Assembly: GCF_009914755.1 (NCBI RefSeq)
Contig: NC_060925.1
Length of the DNA: 64,000 nt
Strand: one strand, 5' to 3'
Source: the human T2T-CHM13v2.0 reference genome, Homo sapiens
A program made the position numbers and the translations under genes. The notes under the pieces are model-generated. The model saw nothing but the letters and a program-made list of their open reading frames with translations. It searched no databases and was not told where the DNA came from. Of the stretch, positions 25,457 through 38,830 are shown piece after piece; the stretch's first letter is position 1; the number at the start of each line of letters is the position of its first letter.

Positions 25457-27754
25457 TTTTTTTTCTTAAACTATTATTTTAAGTTTAAGGGTACATGTGC
25501 AGGAAGTGCAGGTTTGTTACATAGGTGAACATGTGCCATAGTGATTTGCTGCACAGATCAACCCATTACCTAAGTATTAAGCACAGTATCCATAAGCTAT
25601 TCTTCCTAATGCTCTCCCTCCCCCAACCAACCTGCCCCGACATGCCCCAGTGTGTGTGTTGTTCCCCCATTCTGTTCATGTGTTCTCATCATTCAGCTCC
25701 CACTTATAAATGAGAACATGCGATATTTGATTTTTCATTCCTGCTTTAGTTTGCTGAGGATAATGGCTTCCAACTCCATCTGTGTCCCTGCAAAGGACAT
25801 GATCTCATTCCTTTTTATGGCTGCATAGTATTCCTTGGTGCATATGTACCACATTTTCCTTATCTAGTCTACCGTTGATAGGCATTTTGGTTTATTCCAT
25901 GTGTTTGCTATTGTGAATAGTGCTGCAATGAACATACACTTTCATGTATCTTTCTAATAGAATGACATATTTTTCTGGATATATACCCAGTAATGGGATT
26001 ATTGGGTCAAATGGTATTTCTGCCTCTAGGTCTTTGAGGAATTGCCACACTGTCTTCTACAATGGCTAAACTAATTTCCACTCTCATCAACAGTGTAAAA
26101 GCATTCCTTTTTCTCTTCAACTTCACCAGCATCTATTGTTTCTTTACTTTTTAATAATAGCCATTCTCACTGGCATGAAATGATATCTCATTGTGGTTTT
26201 GATTTGCATTTCTCTAATGATCGGTGATGTTGATCTTTCTTTCATATGTTTCTTGGCTGCATGTATGTCTTCTTTTGAGAAGTGTCTCTTCATGTCCTTT
26301 GCCCAGTTTTTAATAGCATTGTTTTTCTCTTGTAAATTTGTTTAAGTTCCTTGTAGACTTTGGATACTAGACCTTTGTCAGATGGATAGATTGCAAAAAT
26401 TTTATGCAATTCTGTAGGTTGTCTGTTGACTCTGATGATAGTATCTTTTGCTGTGCAGAATCTCTTTAGTTTAATTAGATCCCATTTGTCAATTTTGGCT
26501 TTTATTGCAATTGCTTTTGGTGTTTTAGTCATTAAATCTTTTCCCATGCCTATGTTGAATGGTATTGCCTAGATTTTCTTCTAGGGTTTTATAGTTTTGA
26601 ATCTTACATTTAAGTTTTTAATCCATCTTCTGTTAATTTTTGTATATGGTGTAAGGAAGGGGTCCAGTTTCAATTTTCTGCATATGGCTACCCAGTTCTC
26701 CCAGCACTATTTTTTAAAAAGGGAATCCATTCCTCACTGCTTGTTTTTGTCAGGTTTGTTGAAGATCAGATGGTTGTAGGTAGCAGTCTTATTTCTGAGT
26801 TCTCTATTCTGTTCCATTAGACAATGTGTCTGTTCTTGTACCAGTACCATGCTGTTTTGGTTACTGTAGCCTTGTAGTATAGCGTGAAGTCAGGTAGCAT
26901 GATGCCTCCAGCTTTGTTCTTTTTGTTTAGGATTATATTGGCCATTTGGGCTCTTTTTTGCTTCCATATGAATTTTAAAATAGTTTTTTTCTAATCCTGT
27001 GAAGAATGTCAATGGTAGTTTAATGGAAATAGCATTGAATCTATGAATTACGTTGGACAGTATGACCATTTTCACGATATTGATTCTTCCCATCCATGAG
27101 CATGGAATGTTTTTTCATTTGTTTGTGTCCTCTCTGATTTCCTTGAGTGGTGATTTATAGCTCTTCTTGAAGAGTTCCTTCATTTCCTTTGTTAGCTGTA
27201 TTCCTAGGTATTTTATTTTCTTTGTAGTAATTGTGAATGAAAGTTCATTCATTATTTGGCTCTGTGCTTGTCTGTTTTTAGTGTACAGGAATGCTAATGA
27301 TTTTTGCACATTGATTTTGTAACCTGAGACTTTGCTGCAGTTGCTTACCAGCTTAAGAACCTTTTTGCTGAGACAACAGGGTTTTCTAGATACAGGATCA
27401 TGTTATCTGCAAACAAAGATAATTTGACTTCCTCTCTTTCTATTTGAATATGCTTTATTTCTTTCTCTTGCCTGATTGCCCTGGCCAGAACTTTCAATAC
27501 TGTGTTGAATGGGAGTGGTGAGAGAAGGCATCCTTGTCTTGTGCTGGTTTTCAAGGGGAATGCTTCCAGATTTTGCCCATGCAGTATGATGTTGGCTGTG
27601 GGTTTGTCATATATGGCTCTTATTGTTTTGAGGTATGTTCCTTCAATACCTAGTTTATGGAGAGTTTTTAAAATGAAGAGATACTGGATTTTATTGAAGG
27701 CCTTTTCTACATCTGTTGAGATAATCATGTGGTTTTTGTCTTCAGTTCTGTTTA
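25457..27754 (-). mobile_element. About 2.3 kb 5'-truncated L1PA (older, roughly PA10-13), antisense to PAPPA2
   Basis: T tail, L1 3'UTR and disrupted ORF2 pieces ([13 protein letters not shown]; GRINIVKM; [13 protein letters not shown]...[13 protein letters not shown]); TSD TTACACCTT at 25448-25456 and 27755-27763. Confidence 0.95.
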
Positions 27755-28229
27755 TTACACCTTATTTTTTAAAGTATATATGTATATGCATACATATGTG
27801 TGTATACATATGTATCTGTTCTTTTGACTAACCCAACAGTAAAGTGATGACAGAGGAAAGGGCAACACTCCTAAGTTGATTACAAATATTTGTAAATTGC
27901 AGCAAACAGCATGCATAATGAAAATAATGCACACTTCAATTCCTGACTAAGAGGTTTAAATCTCAGCTCCACCCTTATATTTATTTGTAATATTTTAAAA
28001 AATTAATTTTAATTCTATAAAAGTGATACATGTACCTAGTTTGAAAAGCTAGTTCACACCTCTAGGTTTATTTGGAAGACTAGCAGTTCCTACCCCTCTG
28101 CTCCTAACCTCAGCCTCTCTCAGCAGAGGCCATCACTTCATTTTTGTTGTTGTTTTTGCTTCACCTGTTTCACTTATTTCTTCTGAAAATTACATATATA
28201 CACATAAACATGCATACATGTATATGTAT

Positions 28230-28833
28230 TGTAAACCAAAAGTTATCTGAGACAGGTCTCAATCAATTTAGAAAGTTCATTTTGCCAAGGTTAAGGATGC
28301 ACCCATGACACAGCCTCAGGAGGTTGTGAGGACATGTGCCCACGGTAGTTGAGGTACACCTTGCTTGTATACGTGTTAGGGAGACATGAGACGTCAATCA
28401 ACACGTACAAGATCTACACTGGTTCTGTAAGGTAAGGCAGGACAACCTGAGGCATGGGCCTCCAGATCATAAGTAGACAAGAGGCAAAAGGTTACATTCT
28501 TTTGAGAACTTGATCAGCCTTCCACTGAATCCACAATTTAGTCTGGTTCAGTGAATCTGCATTTTTACATAAACAGTAGGGCAGAGGAAGTATTCAGATA
28601 TGCGTTTGTCTCAGGTGAGTCTCAGAGGGATGCCTTTGAGTTCTTTCCGTCCTTTTTCCACAAGGAACCTTCTTGTGGACAAATTGTGAGGGAGGAAGGT
28701 ATGTGGCTTCTTATCTTTGTAGCTATCTTATTTAGGAATAAAATGGAAGGCAGGTTTGTCTGACATAGTTCCCAGCTTGACTTTTCCTTTGGCTTATTGA
28801 TTGTGGGATCCTGAGATTTATTTTCCTTTCACA
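28230..28833 (-). mobile_element. Solo ERV1 LTR, MER4 family (MER4A-like)
   Basis: TG...CA termini; reverse strand begins TGTGAAAGGAAAATAAATCTCAGGA; near-TSD GTAT/GTGT. Confidence 0.85.
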
Positions 28834-28837
<4 letters not shown>

Positions 28838-28884
<47 letters not shown>

Positions 28885-28903
28885 CACACATATATAAAAT
28901 TTA

Positions 28904-28934
<31 letters not shown>

Positions 28935-28960
28935 GTATGTATGTACACACGTATATATAA
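28838..28960. repeat. Compound (TA)n/(CA)n/(TG)n microsatellite
   Basis: Long TA run directly after the LTR, then CA and TG runs. Confidence 0.92.
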
Positions 28961-29639
28961 TGCTTCTACTGCTAATCTTAATTTTTTGATTTAGGACTTT
29001 ATCTCCTGATTTCCTAATACAATAGATGAGGTTTTAGCTCTCTGACATCATCACGCACACACACACACACACACACGCATACACACTCCTGCACTTTTGC
29101 CTTTAGAGGTACCAGATGCCTCTAATTCCTGAGCTTTCTGTTGGTTCTAGGTATTCTAGGCATTTAGGTTTCTGCTTTCCTGCATCTGCTGTGTCAGCTA
29201 CTATTCATCCATCCATTTTCCAGTTTTCTAATGTTGTTGACTTATTTATCAGCTGCCATCATCTCTCCTGTTGTCTTTTTTTTTTATGAGTTCATGCCTT
29301 TTTTGTTCCTTTTTTATACTAATATTTTAGTGGAACTTCTGGAAGGGAAAGATATAAAAACAAATTCAAGTGTTCACACTTTGCCAGCTCTAAGCCTGAG
29401 AGATAATAAATGCTTGGTGACCAGTGTGCTATTACTACTAACTACTTCCTTCAACAGAGTCTGTGCCTATATGGAAGAAAAAGAGGCACCTGATAGAGAA
29501 GATGTCTCTTACTTTGCTGTTTTTTCTCTCTGTTGTCTCTTCTAAATTCTTATTTCACCTAAAGTCAAGCAAAGATCTCTTCAAGGTGGTTAACTCCTGA
29601 AAGTATAAATTTTAGATAGAGGAGCACTTATTAAAGGAC

Positions 29640-31020
29640 TGTATATTTATTGTGAATGAATCATGTTAGATCCTAGGAATATAAAGGTAATCAATAGAAA
29701 GCACAGACCCCATCTCCTAGGAATCCCCAGTCTGCCTTGGGGAGAGGTATGTTCTAAGCGCTAGGGGATCAGAGAAAAGAAAGTGGTTGTGTTTGGGGAG
29801 CAGGCAAGAGGTGAGCATGGGACATAAATTTGGGGAAGATTTCATAACAAAGTAGCACTCACTCCTGGGGCCTTGAAGAATAATAATTCCACTAGTTGGG
29901 GACAAAGTGGAAAGCTCCATGGGCAGAGAAAATACTATGAGCACAGGGCACAGGAGTTTGAAAACACAAGATATTTAGAGAACCACTAGAGGATGGAGCA
30001 TGTGGAAAACTGGAGTCTGCAGAGAGTCTTGGGCCAGATTAGGAAGAGTGTTGAATGCTGCCGTGCTTGGGATGTAAACTTTTTCTGAAGGCATTGAGAA
30101 GCCTGACACATTTTATCACCAGGAAATGACAAGATCAGATGTGATACATTGCTGGAAATGTAGTCCATGGAAGAGTGACGGGTGATAAGCAGAATGGTTA
30201 GGAGACGGTGTCCGTATTTCAAGAGAGAAATAGTGACAGCCCAGACAAGGCACCAATAGTATAGATAGGAAGAAGTAATCATTGAAAGCTTTTCTTTTAA
30301 GATATAAAATTGATTCTAGAATTCCATCCAATGGAGGAAATGAGGTTCTGAATCTAACTCCCTGGTGCTTGGGTAGATGTTGAATGCCATTAACCTCTGT
30401 TAAAAAAAAAAAAGAAAGAAAGAAAAGAAAAGATGCAGGCTTATAGGAGAAGATAATGGGCTTGGCTTTAGACTGAGTTTGTTCAGTAGAATTGGAAATA
30501 AAAATCTGGATTTCAGAAACAGAGTCTCAGCTGGGGACTTATATTGAGAAAGGAGGAACGTATGGATGCTAATTGAAGGCAGGTAAATGGATGAGGTCAC
30601 GCAGGAGTGTGAATGGGGAGAGGAGGTAGGTGGGGAAAGACATAGAGGCAGGAAGTTAGCAGAGGAAGTGAAGCCAGTCAAGGGGACAGAGGAAGAATGA
30701 CTAGAGAGGCGGAAGGAAGAAAAGGAAGGAGTGGTCTTAGGAAACCCATTTAAGAAGGGAGGCCTAAGGGAAAAAGAAATGGTGAAGAGTGTTAAATGCT
30801 GCCAAAAGTTGGCCAGCACAAGAAGTGAGATGGCAGTAACTTGAGTGGAAAACAGTTCATGGAAAGACTTTTGAGATGAAGAGACTGAAACATGTTTATT
30901 GGCTTTGAGTAATAATCTGATTGAGAGCATGAAGACTAAAGATAAAGAGAAGATATAAGGGATTACAGATACTGCTGCCTCTCAGTCAAGAGTCAAGTGA
31001 GAAGGGAGTAACAATAACTA
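29640..31020 (-). mobile_element. Decayed L2 fragments
   Basis: Purine-rich + strand with L2-like motifs (TATTTATTGTGAATGAAT; TTAAATGCTGCCAAAAG); boundaries uncertain. Confidence 0.5.
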
Positions 31021-31099
31021 AAGACAAAGTTTATAGAGTAGCAGATGGAATTCAAGAATTCAAGGTATTTTATATGCAATGGTTTCTTGTTTCTCTGTG

Positions 31100-31810
31100 T
31101 GGACTTTCCCATTCCTGTCAATGGCAACATCTGCCGTCCGGTTGCTCAGGACAAAATCCTTGATGTCATCTTAATTTCTCCATTTTCCTCATGTTCACAT
31201 TTAGTTCATCAGGTAATTCTATTAGCTCTACCTTTAAAATATATCCACACACCAGCCACATTTTACCATCTGACCCACTGCCCCCCTGGTATGAGCCATC
31301 ATCACCTGTTACATGGCTTATTGCAAGAGCCTCCTGACTGGTCTCACTACTTCCCCTGCCTCTTCACAGCCTAATCCCAGCATAGCAGCCAGACAGTCCT
31401 GTTAAAAATGTAAGTGAAATAATAATGCTCCTCAGCTGAAGCCCTGTGGCAATTCCCCACTTCATCCAGAATAAAAGCCACAATCTTTGCAATGGCTTAC
31501 CTAGCCCTCCACATGTCCCCTCTCTGAACCTGTGACTGAAAATTGCAACCATCTTCACTCTCTTGTTCTCTGCCCATCTCCCCACCACTCCCAATTCCCT
31601 TATACTGGCCCTATTATTTAGTAGAATTATCACTTTCTAATTTGCTGTAGAGTTATTTGTTATGCTTGATGTCTGTTTTCCCCATTGGAACATAAGTTCC
31701 ACAGGGCATTAAGTTTTGCAGATTGTATTCACTGTTATATCTCAAGTCTTAATACAGTGACGTAGTGACTGGCACATGGCAGATGGTCAATAGTTTTTGA
31801 GTGAATGATG
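31100..31810 (+). mobile_element. L2a 3' portion
   Basis: GTTGCTCAGGACAAAATCCTTGATGTCATC...TGACTGGCACATGGCAGATGGTCAATAGTTTTTGAGTGAATGA. Confidence 0.75.
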
Positions 31811-34099
31811 GAGGTAAGAAGTTAAGGGCATCCACATGTCAGGGGGAGGGTCAGCAGCAGGGTAGTGATCTTCAGAAGCCACTTGACCATGATAGAGAAA
31901 GGAAAATTTTGCTGACTTGAGAAGAGTAAAATTGGCAAGAGATCCTGAATGTTATGAGTCCTTTAAAAGTCTTTTCTATTGACAGTTTTGTTGTTGTTGT
32001 TGTTGTTAAATTAAGCCTATGGTTAGCATCACTCTGTACTGGGACTCTGGGGATGAGGAAGTTTGGTCTCTGAGGGTCTCTTCAGCTATTTGAAGGCTGT
32101 TTGTACATTGGAGAAAGAAGAGTTGGTTCCACTTCTTGCCTTTATTCTCTTTGGTTGTGTGACCTCAATCAAAGTCATTTAACATTTAACTCTTATGAAA
32201 AAGTATCTCCCTTGCTTGACATATACAGTTCTTTTGGCTCTCAAATGAGATAATGTTTGTGAGGGCATTTGTAGACACTAAAATGCTACACACATATGGG
32301 ATTATCATCACTGTCATCCCCGTGTGAGAAGTCTTCTGAAGCAAGCCAAGGCTGAGCCGAGGCATAGCCATACTGCAGGTGATACATCCTGTGTGCTGCC
32401 CACTTTGAGTCCTGACCAAGGAAGCAGAATGCCTTCCAGGAGTTGCATACATAAAGCTGCAGCGTGATCTGATAAAGAGAAAGAGAGCCTCTGCACTTTC
32501 AGTGCAGTCCAGCTTAAAGCCTGGAACTAGTTTTTGCATCTCTTTGAATCTACTTGAGTGCAGGCCCCCAAACTGGGTATCAGACCTTGATTAAGGAGAC
32601 TAACAACAGCCCAGATCTGGGGCTTCCTAGTAACCCCCCAGCACCAGCTGAGCAACTTGGGGTAACTTTCCTTCAGAAGCTCCTCTTGGGAGGATGCCCA
32701 CACTCCATAGGGGGTACAAATCCTCTACCTTATTTGGCCTCTATTTCATTGAACAGAGTGACAAGAAAACAGCAAATAAGTCTTTGGATACTTAACCAAA
32801 CTAAAAACAAAACAAAACAAAAAAAAACAACATGCACCTATTTTGAAAACATGGACTTGCCCCATCCTTGTCTCCAAAGCCCAGTGATCCTAAGTAAGCC
32901 TTTTGGTTCCAGTAGGTTCTCCATAGCCTTTTCAGTCGTATACATTGTTTTTCTATTTAAGATCAGTAATGAGAATTTGGCAGGAGAAAGATTCAAATGG
33001 GTCAGGAGGCTCTTGTGGCTTTTCTCGGGCTTGTTTTCCACAGTTCATTCTAGCCTGCAACATACTTTGCAAGAATAAATTGGCTGGAGATCTAACCCAT
33101 GGTGAGAGGCCGCCACTGAGGCAGCATTTCAGAATAGGGAGACTGGAGCCATGATCAGCCTTCCTGAAGCACACAGCCGGGGTGTTTCCTTACACATGCA
33201 CATGCACATGGCAGTGTACACTGGGGATCCTCATCGAGAACAGATGTTGCTGCCCACTGTGCCAGCCACATGTCATGCATGGCATTTTCTTCTGCTAAAC
33301 TCCTGGCAACAGCGTTTTTCTTTTCTTCTCCCCTCCCTCTGCCTCCTACCCTCTTTTCCCATCTCCTACACCCACAGCATATGCAAATTCTCTCCTGATT
33401 CATACTTGGCCAGCCTCATATTTTTGTTGTTGTTATTGTTATTGCAAACATTAGAGGCTTCCAAAGCTGGGGAAAAAAAAAGTAAAAGAAAAGAAAAGAG
33501 AAAAAGAAAGAAACCACAACAACCCCCAAAGGAAATATGTTCTAACCCAGGAATGTACGATACTTCATGCATGGGAAGCATCTTCCCACCTCTCCAAGCT
33601 TAGCTACAGAAACAAAGGCTCCAAATTCCAACACATGAAAAAAGAATTAATCCAGCTTTTTTGTATGTGCCTCATACCATTTTTCAGTCTAAAAGTCTGC
33701 TGCTCCCCCCAATGGCTAGGATTTGCAGGAATGTCATAGCCTTCTTCTCAACTTACACCATGGTTACAAAATTATGATCACTGCTTCAGGTCCATTTATG
33801 TATTTCTTCAGTGAAAATTATATTTTCTGAGTACCTACGATGTGTTGAGATTACAAAAATGAATCAGAAATTCCCATCACAGTGTACACAATAGAGATAA
33901 AAAATATCAAATTACTATCCAATGAGTATAAGCCGATAATACAATCATATGAATAAGGGCATATGGGAGCACAGGGAATAAAGCAAATAACTTATCCTAA
34001 TTCCATGGAGAAAGTTTTATAGAGGGGTAATTATTTGAAGTAGATTTGAAGCATAAATAGGCATGAAAGGCAAAGATGTGAAAGGAAATGGCATGAAGC

Positions 34100-35995
34100 T
34101 GTCATCAAGTCTTTCTGTAATAAAGCTGCATAACAAAATAATCCACAAATATAAATGTCTTAAATAGCAACTTCTCACTCATGCATCTACAAGTTGGCTA
34201 AAGTGACTCTCTTAGTTTGTGGTCTGGGTTCAAGTTTACTTTATATGTCTCTCCCTCAGGGACCTAGGCTTTAGAGTTTCACGGTTAGCAGCTACACAGG
34301 GCATGTTCTTTTCATGGTAGATAGCTGGGCACAAAAGGGTGAGTTAAGGCATGCTCATGCATTTCCAACTTTTTGTCAAGTGTAGCATGTGTCACATACA
34401 TTTATGTTCCACTAGTTAAGGCAAACCACATGGCTGCATCCAAAGTTAGTAGGAAGTGAAATTATGCTCTGCTGACAGTGGACTCATGGCAAAGGAAGGG
34501 TGAGTAAAAAGAATATAGACAAAGAATAATATCTACTAGTCAGCCTTTGCAGTCGCAAGCATTCGTTAAACACATTCACTCCACCCTATGCCAAGACACT
34601 CCAACAGTCTTATCCAGTCCTAGCATCAGGTTTGAAATCTAGAATCTCATGATTGATACCAGATTGCAATGTAGCTTCTCTTAATCTGGAGCCTTATGTA
34701 CTAAAATCACAAGCTCCCTGCCTCCCACTCACCCCACATGCAAAGTGGAGCAGAAATAAATAACTACAATAAACATTCCCTTTCAAGGAGAAAGAGTGGG
34801 AGGTGCATAAAGCCCACCTCTCATTCTTTGAGCAAAAGTTGTAAAACCACTACTGGGAGAGTAGGGAGCACTTCTTGTTTAGAAACTTTCGATTACTCCC
34901 TGGGTGTCACCTCCTAGTTGATTGTTCTTCATGACTCTTGGCTCTGATCTCTAAGGAGTCTTCATTTTCCACCATCTCATTTGGTCATATATTAAAAGCA
35001 GTGAGGAACATCCACTTTTGGAAGCTGAGTATCTTTCTTAACTTCCTTCCTCCTTGTAGAATATAGGGGGCCCAAAGGTCACTAACAGTAGGTCTCTTAC
35101 AATCCAGGCTGATAGTGATTTTGGCACCTCAACTCCCACAAACTTGATTGATTTTTGTATATATTTAATTCCAGTAAAATTCATAAGGCAAGAGCTATAC
35201 TCACAAGTCTTTTCAAGAAATGCCTCTCTTAATAAATATAGGTATTCTGAGCTTATGAGGCTTCTCTTGGACAAAGTTCTTAGGCTGTTTCCTCAGAGTC
35301 CTTTTGTAAACTGCAAGGATCTCCTACGTGTTGATTTAATCCAATTGAAGGTCCTAACAAATGATGTAATGGTTCACTCCTTAATTTGTTTCTTTGCCTA
35401 ACATTGTCTTAACTTCAGTCTTAGAAGGCCTTTCTAATGCAGATTATTATGAAATTTGATCTTTTACTGGCCAGAGATAAGAAACGGTTTTATTTTTCAG
35501 TACTACAAGTTTTAGAATTTCTAATAATTTATATTCCCGGTCAATTCTACTGGCAAAGCAATAACCTTTTCTGCACTCATCTCTTCTCGCAGTACCTTAT
35601 CAAATTAAGGTAATAACCACCAACTAATCCTAGTAATATTCTTCTTCAAAACTTCTTTATTCAAAGCCAATAGGGCATTACTAAATTTTTGGCCTGCAAG
35701 TAATAACAATTAACAATATAATTTCTCTTTCAAGTAACTATAGGAAACATTTTATGAAATACTTTGCTACCACATAAATGAAGAACATAATTTTTCCAGC
35801 CTCCTGAAACATTTATTTTGCTTCCTGCCCCTCCATTCCAGAGCCAATCTCATACATTTTAGGTTTTTTGTTTGTTTGTTATGGTAACATTTTACTTCTG
35901 ATACTACTGTCTGTATTAGTCAAGTGTTCCTGCAATAAGGTCACATAACAAACAATCCCCAAATGTCAATGGCATATAACATAAAGTATTATTAG
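34100..35995 (-). mobile_element. MaLR (MLT1-type) LTR plus internal region plus start of a second LTR, within an L2
   Basis: Related LTR ends (GCTGCATAACAAAATAATCCACAAAT; CACATAACAAACAATCCCCAAAT) about 1.8 kb apart; internal/LTR junction-like CTGTATTAGTCA at about 35911. Confidence 0.55.
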
Positions 35996-38659
35996 TCTGC
36001 TCAGTGAAGCTGATCTTGAGGGAGATAAGGAAGTATGGAATGACTCAAGGTTAAAGAGGTAAATAAAAGGTAGATCATTAGATCTCTGGTATGCCAATCT
36101 AAGCAATTTGGGCTTTATTCTGCAGCCAGTGTTGATCCAATGAGGGCTTATAAATAGAAGAATATGAATTAATCAAGGTAGGCTGTGGTCATAAATTAAC
36201 CCTAAAATTGCAGTGATTTACCATTACATTTCTCACTTACATTAAGTCTGGTATAACTCTCTAGAGCAGCTATTCATTTCTTCCATCTTATTACTCTGTC
36301 CTTTCAAAATGTGATCTCCATGGTTGCCTCCTTGAAGACAGAGGAGGAATACAAAGTGAGGCCGGTAACTCTTGATTCCCTTGGACTAAAAGTAATGCAT
36401 CATTTCTGTTGGTCCTCCCATTCACCAGATATGGTCACATTCCCTCAGCCCATAATAAGTGAGGCAGAACAATCTGAGGGACCACAGAGATATCTGTGAG
36501 CATTAAGAATCTCTGTAAGAGAGAAAAGAAGGTAGGATGTATAGTCTAAGAAGAAATCATGGTGGCAAAATTGAACCATGGAGGTCAGGGTGTTACCATC
36601 TCTCACCTGAACTAATGTAACAGCCCCCTCACCAAACTGAGGAAGTGCAAAGAAAGGAGAAAAGAGTCTGAATACAAAATTATGTCTGCAGTAGGATAGT
36701 ATTTGTTTGCTGGGTGTAATGATGAGAGAGGAGTTAAAGATAAAGTAAACAGGATTGGAAAGATGGCAGTGGTGGATGACAGTACCGTGGGCTTGCCTCT
36801 TACACTGTCTCAGTTTGCTCTGAAATAAGCTCAGTCAACAGTTTATCAACACACATTGCTTGAACATCTGCTGTGGGGAACAAAAAGACCTGGTTGCTGC
36901 CTGCATAGTTGGAGGTGTGTGCTATTTGTATGTGTTTTTGTTGCTGTATCTATTTTGAATGTCTGGTTAACCAGCTTCTAGTTGGCAGGGGCCATGTTGA
37001 ATTTTTCTGTGTTTATACTGCCACACACACAATCAAATTTAATAGTAAACATCCTACAAGTAGTTAATAAATATTCACATTTGGCTAAGTGATGCTCATT
37101 TTATTCTCTTCTTTGGCTGTTCTTGTCATATATTCCTTGGGAAATTTCTTATGCATTAAATATAGAATATTGCAGTTCAGAGCTAGAATTAGTACTTTAT
37201 TTCTAATTTATTTTTTAATTAGAGAAACCAAGTAGTAAATTGAATATGCATTATCCAGATGTGAAAACCTTTGAACAAACAGAGATGAAATTGACTCCCC
37301 AATGTCCTCATGTTTGCCTGCCGGTTTGGAAGTTTAAAATAGTTAAGTTTAATTTGCACCTCTATCGCTCATTCCCCAAGTGACCTTGGGGCACGACCCT
37401 TTGTCCCATTTTTCCCCATCAGTGGAATATGGATAATCATATTAATCTGCCTCACCAGGCGATGTGAGGACTAATTAAAAATGAGATTAGATTCAACTGA
37501 AGTCTTTCTAATGTGAAAAATATTAAACTTGGTGATGCATGTCTGAAATGCTGTTAGGGTCTGGGAATGGTCTCTGGCTTTAGAACTGCTTGTGACCCTG
37601 ATGGCACTACAGCTAAGACTGGAGTGCCTGCAGGCTGCCCATCTTGCTCATTGGCCAGATTGCCTCTGACCTGGTTCCATGTCCTGTGGGCCCAGCCTGA
37701 GCGCCAACCCTGTGTGGAATTGACTGGTAACTGGTAAGCTAATGATCTGTTCACTTCTTAGTGCTTCCTCGGAGACTTACTTCCTGCCTTTCCTCCTCTT
37801 ACCTCCTTTTCCTGACAGGATCTCTGGAAATTCTTTGGATTGATCCATCACTAAAATAGTTAAATTGATAAATTTACCAAATAACTTACGTGTTTTGCTC
37901 ATACTTACTTCACCCAGGCAGACAATGCCCTGATGCACAGAGCCGGCTTTTCCGATTGTGTTTTATAGGTACCTACCTCTACTAGGTAATTTTAGGGGTG
38001 TTATGCATGGTCTCATTTATCCCCCGAGTAGTTGTCTTCCAAATGTGGTTCATAAAGTAGCAAACTTCTTGTAATTAATTTCATATCTTGCCTTATTCTT
38101 TTATCTTTTATTTAATTGCAGATACATATTAGTCCTTGACCCTCTAGTATGTCAGCGGCTTTCCAGAGGAATAGGAAAATATGCAGATACTGTGGCAGGG
38201 ATGGAGACATTGGTTATGGGGGTCGTTAGAAGGTGCAAAGAGTTCAGCATGAAGGTGGGGACGATGAGAAAAGAAAGGAGAGACTAGGAGACTCAAGACA
38301 AACTTAGATAGAGCATTGCTGCTATACCTCAGCTATCAATAGAATCTAAGGTAATTAGGTACTGCAGATAACTTTGATTATTGTATATTTTGTTTGCTTT
38401 GAAACCATGTTACGTATTATATCCCCATAGTTGAGCAAGGTAAATGGTAAGATCCCTGAGATTAGAGAACACCGTTAAGAAAGAGGAAAAATGTCAAAGT
38501 CACTAAGTAGCCACTTTGGCAGGGCTGCGCTCCACCCTCACAGACAGAGAACCATTGATACGAAGAGTATCCAGGCACATTTAGCTCAGGAAACAAACAA
38601 ACAAAAAAGACAACTGGGGATTGTTCAGTATATTGAATAACATTATTGAGTGTTTTTAG

Positions 38660-38830
38660 CATTCCACGTCACGCTATGAGGAATTATTACCATTGCTACC
38701 ATCCTTGTTTTACTGATGAGGAAACTGAGGGGCTGAGAATTTAATTAACTTCCCAAATCTCCTGAGCTAGTAAATATGGGACCAGTTAATGAACCTCGGT
38801 AGTGTGATTCTAGAGTCCATGTTCTTAGAC
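38660..38830 (-). mobile_element. MIR
   Basis: TTTTACTGATGAGGAAACTGAGGGGCTGAGAA...GAGCTAGTAAAT...GATTCTAGAGTCCATGTTCTT. Confidence 0.75.

Noticed and set aside
26290-27728. Reverse-transcriptase-like ORFs
   Set aside because: Frameshifted fragments of a dead 5'-truncated L1 ORF2 (catalytic FADD reads FADN)
30400-30930. 176-aa minus-strand ORF
   Set aside because: S/L/F/P-biased translation of a decayed L2 pyrimidine-rich strand
32554-33603. 174-aa and 150-aa plus-strand ORFs with hydrophobic and basic runs
   Set aside because: The first starts at TTG; the poly-Leu and K/R runs come from (TTG)n and A-rich simple repeats; no convincing splice or domain support
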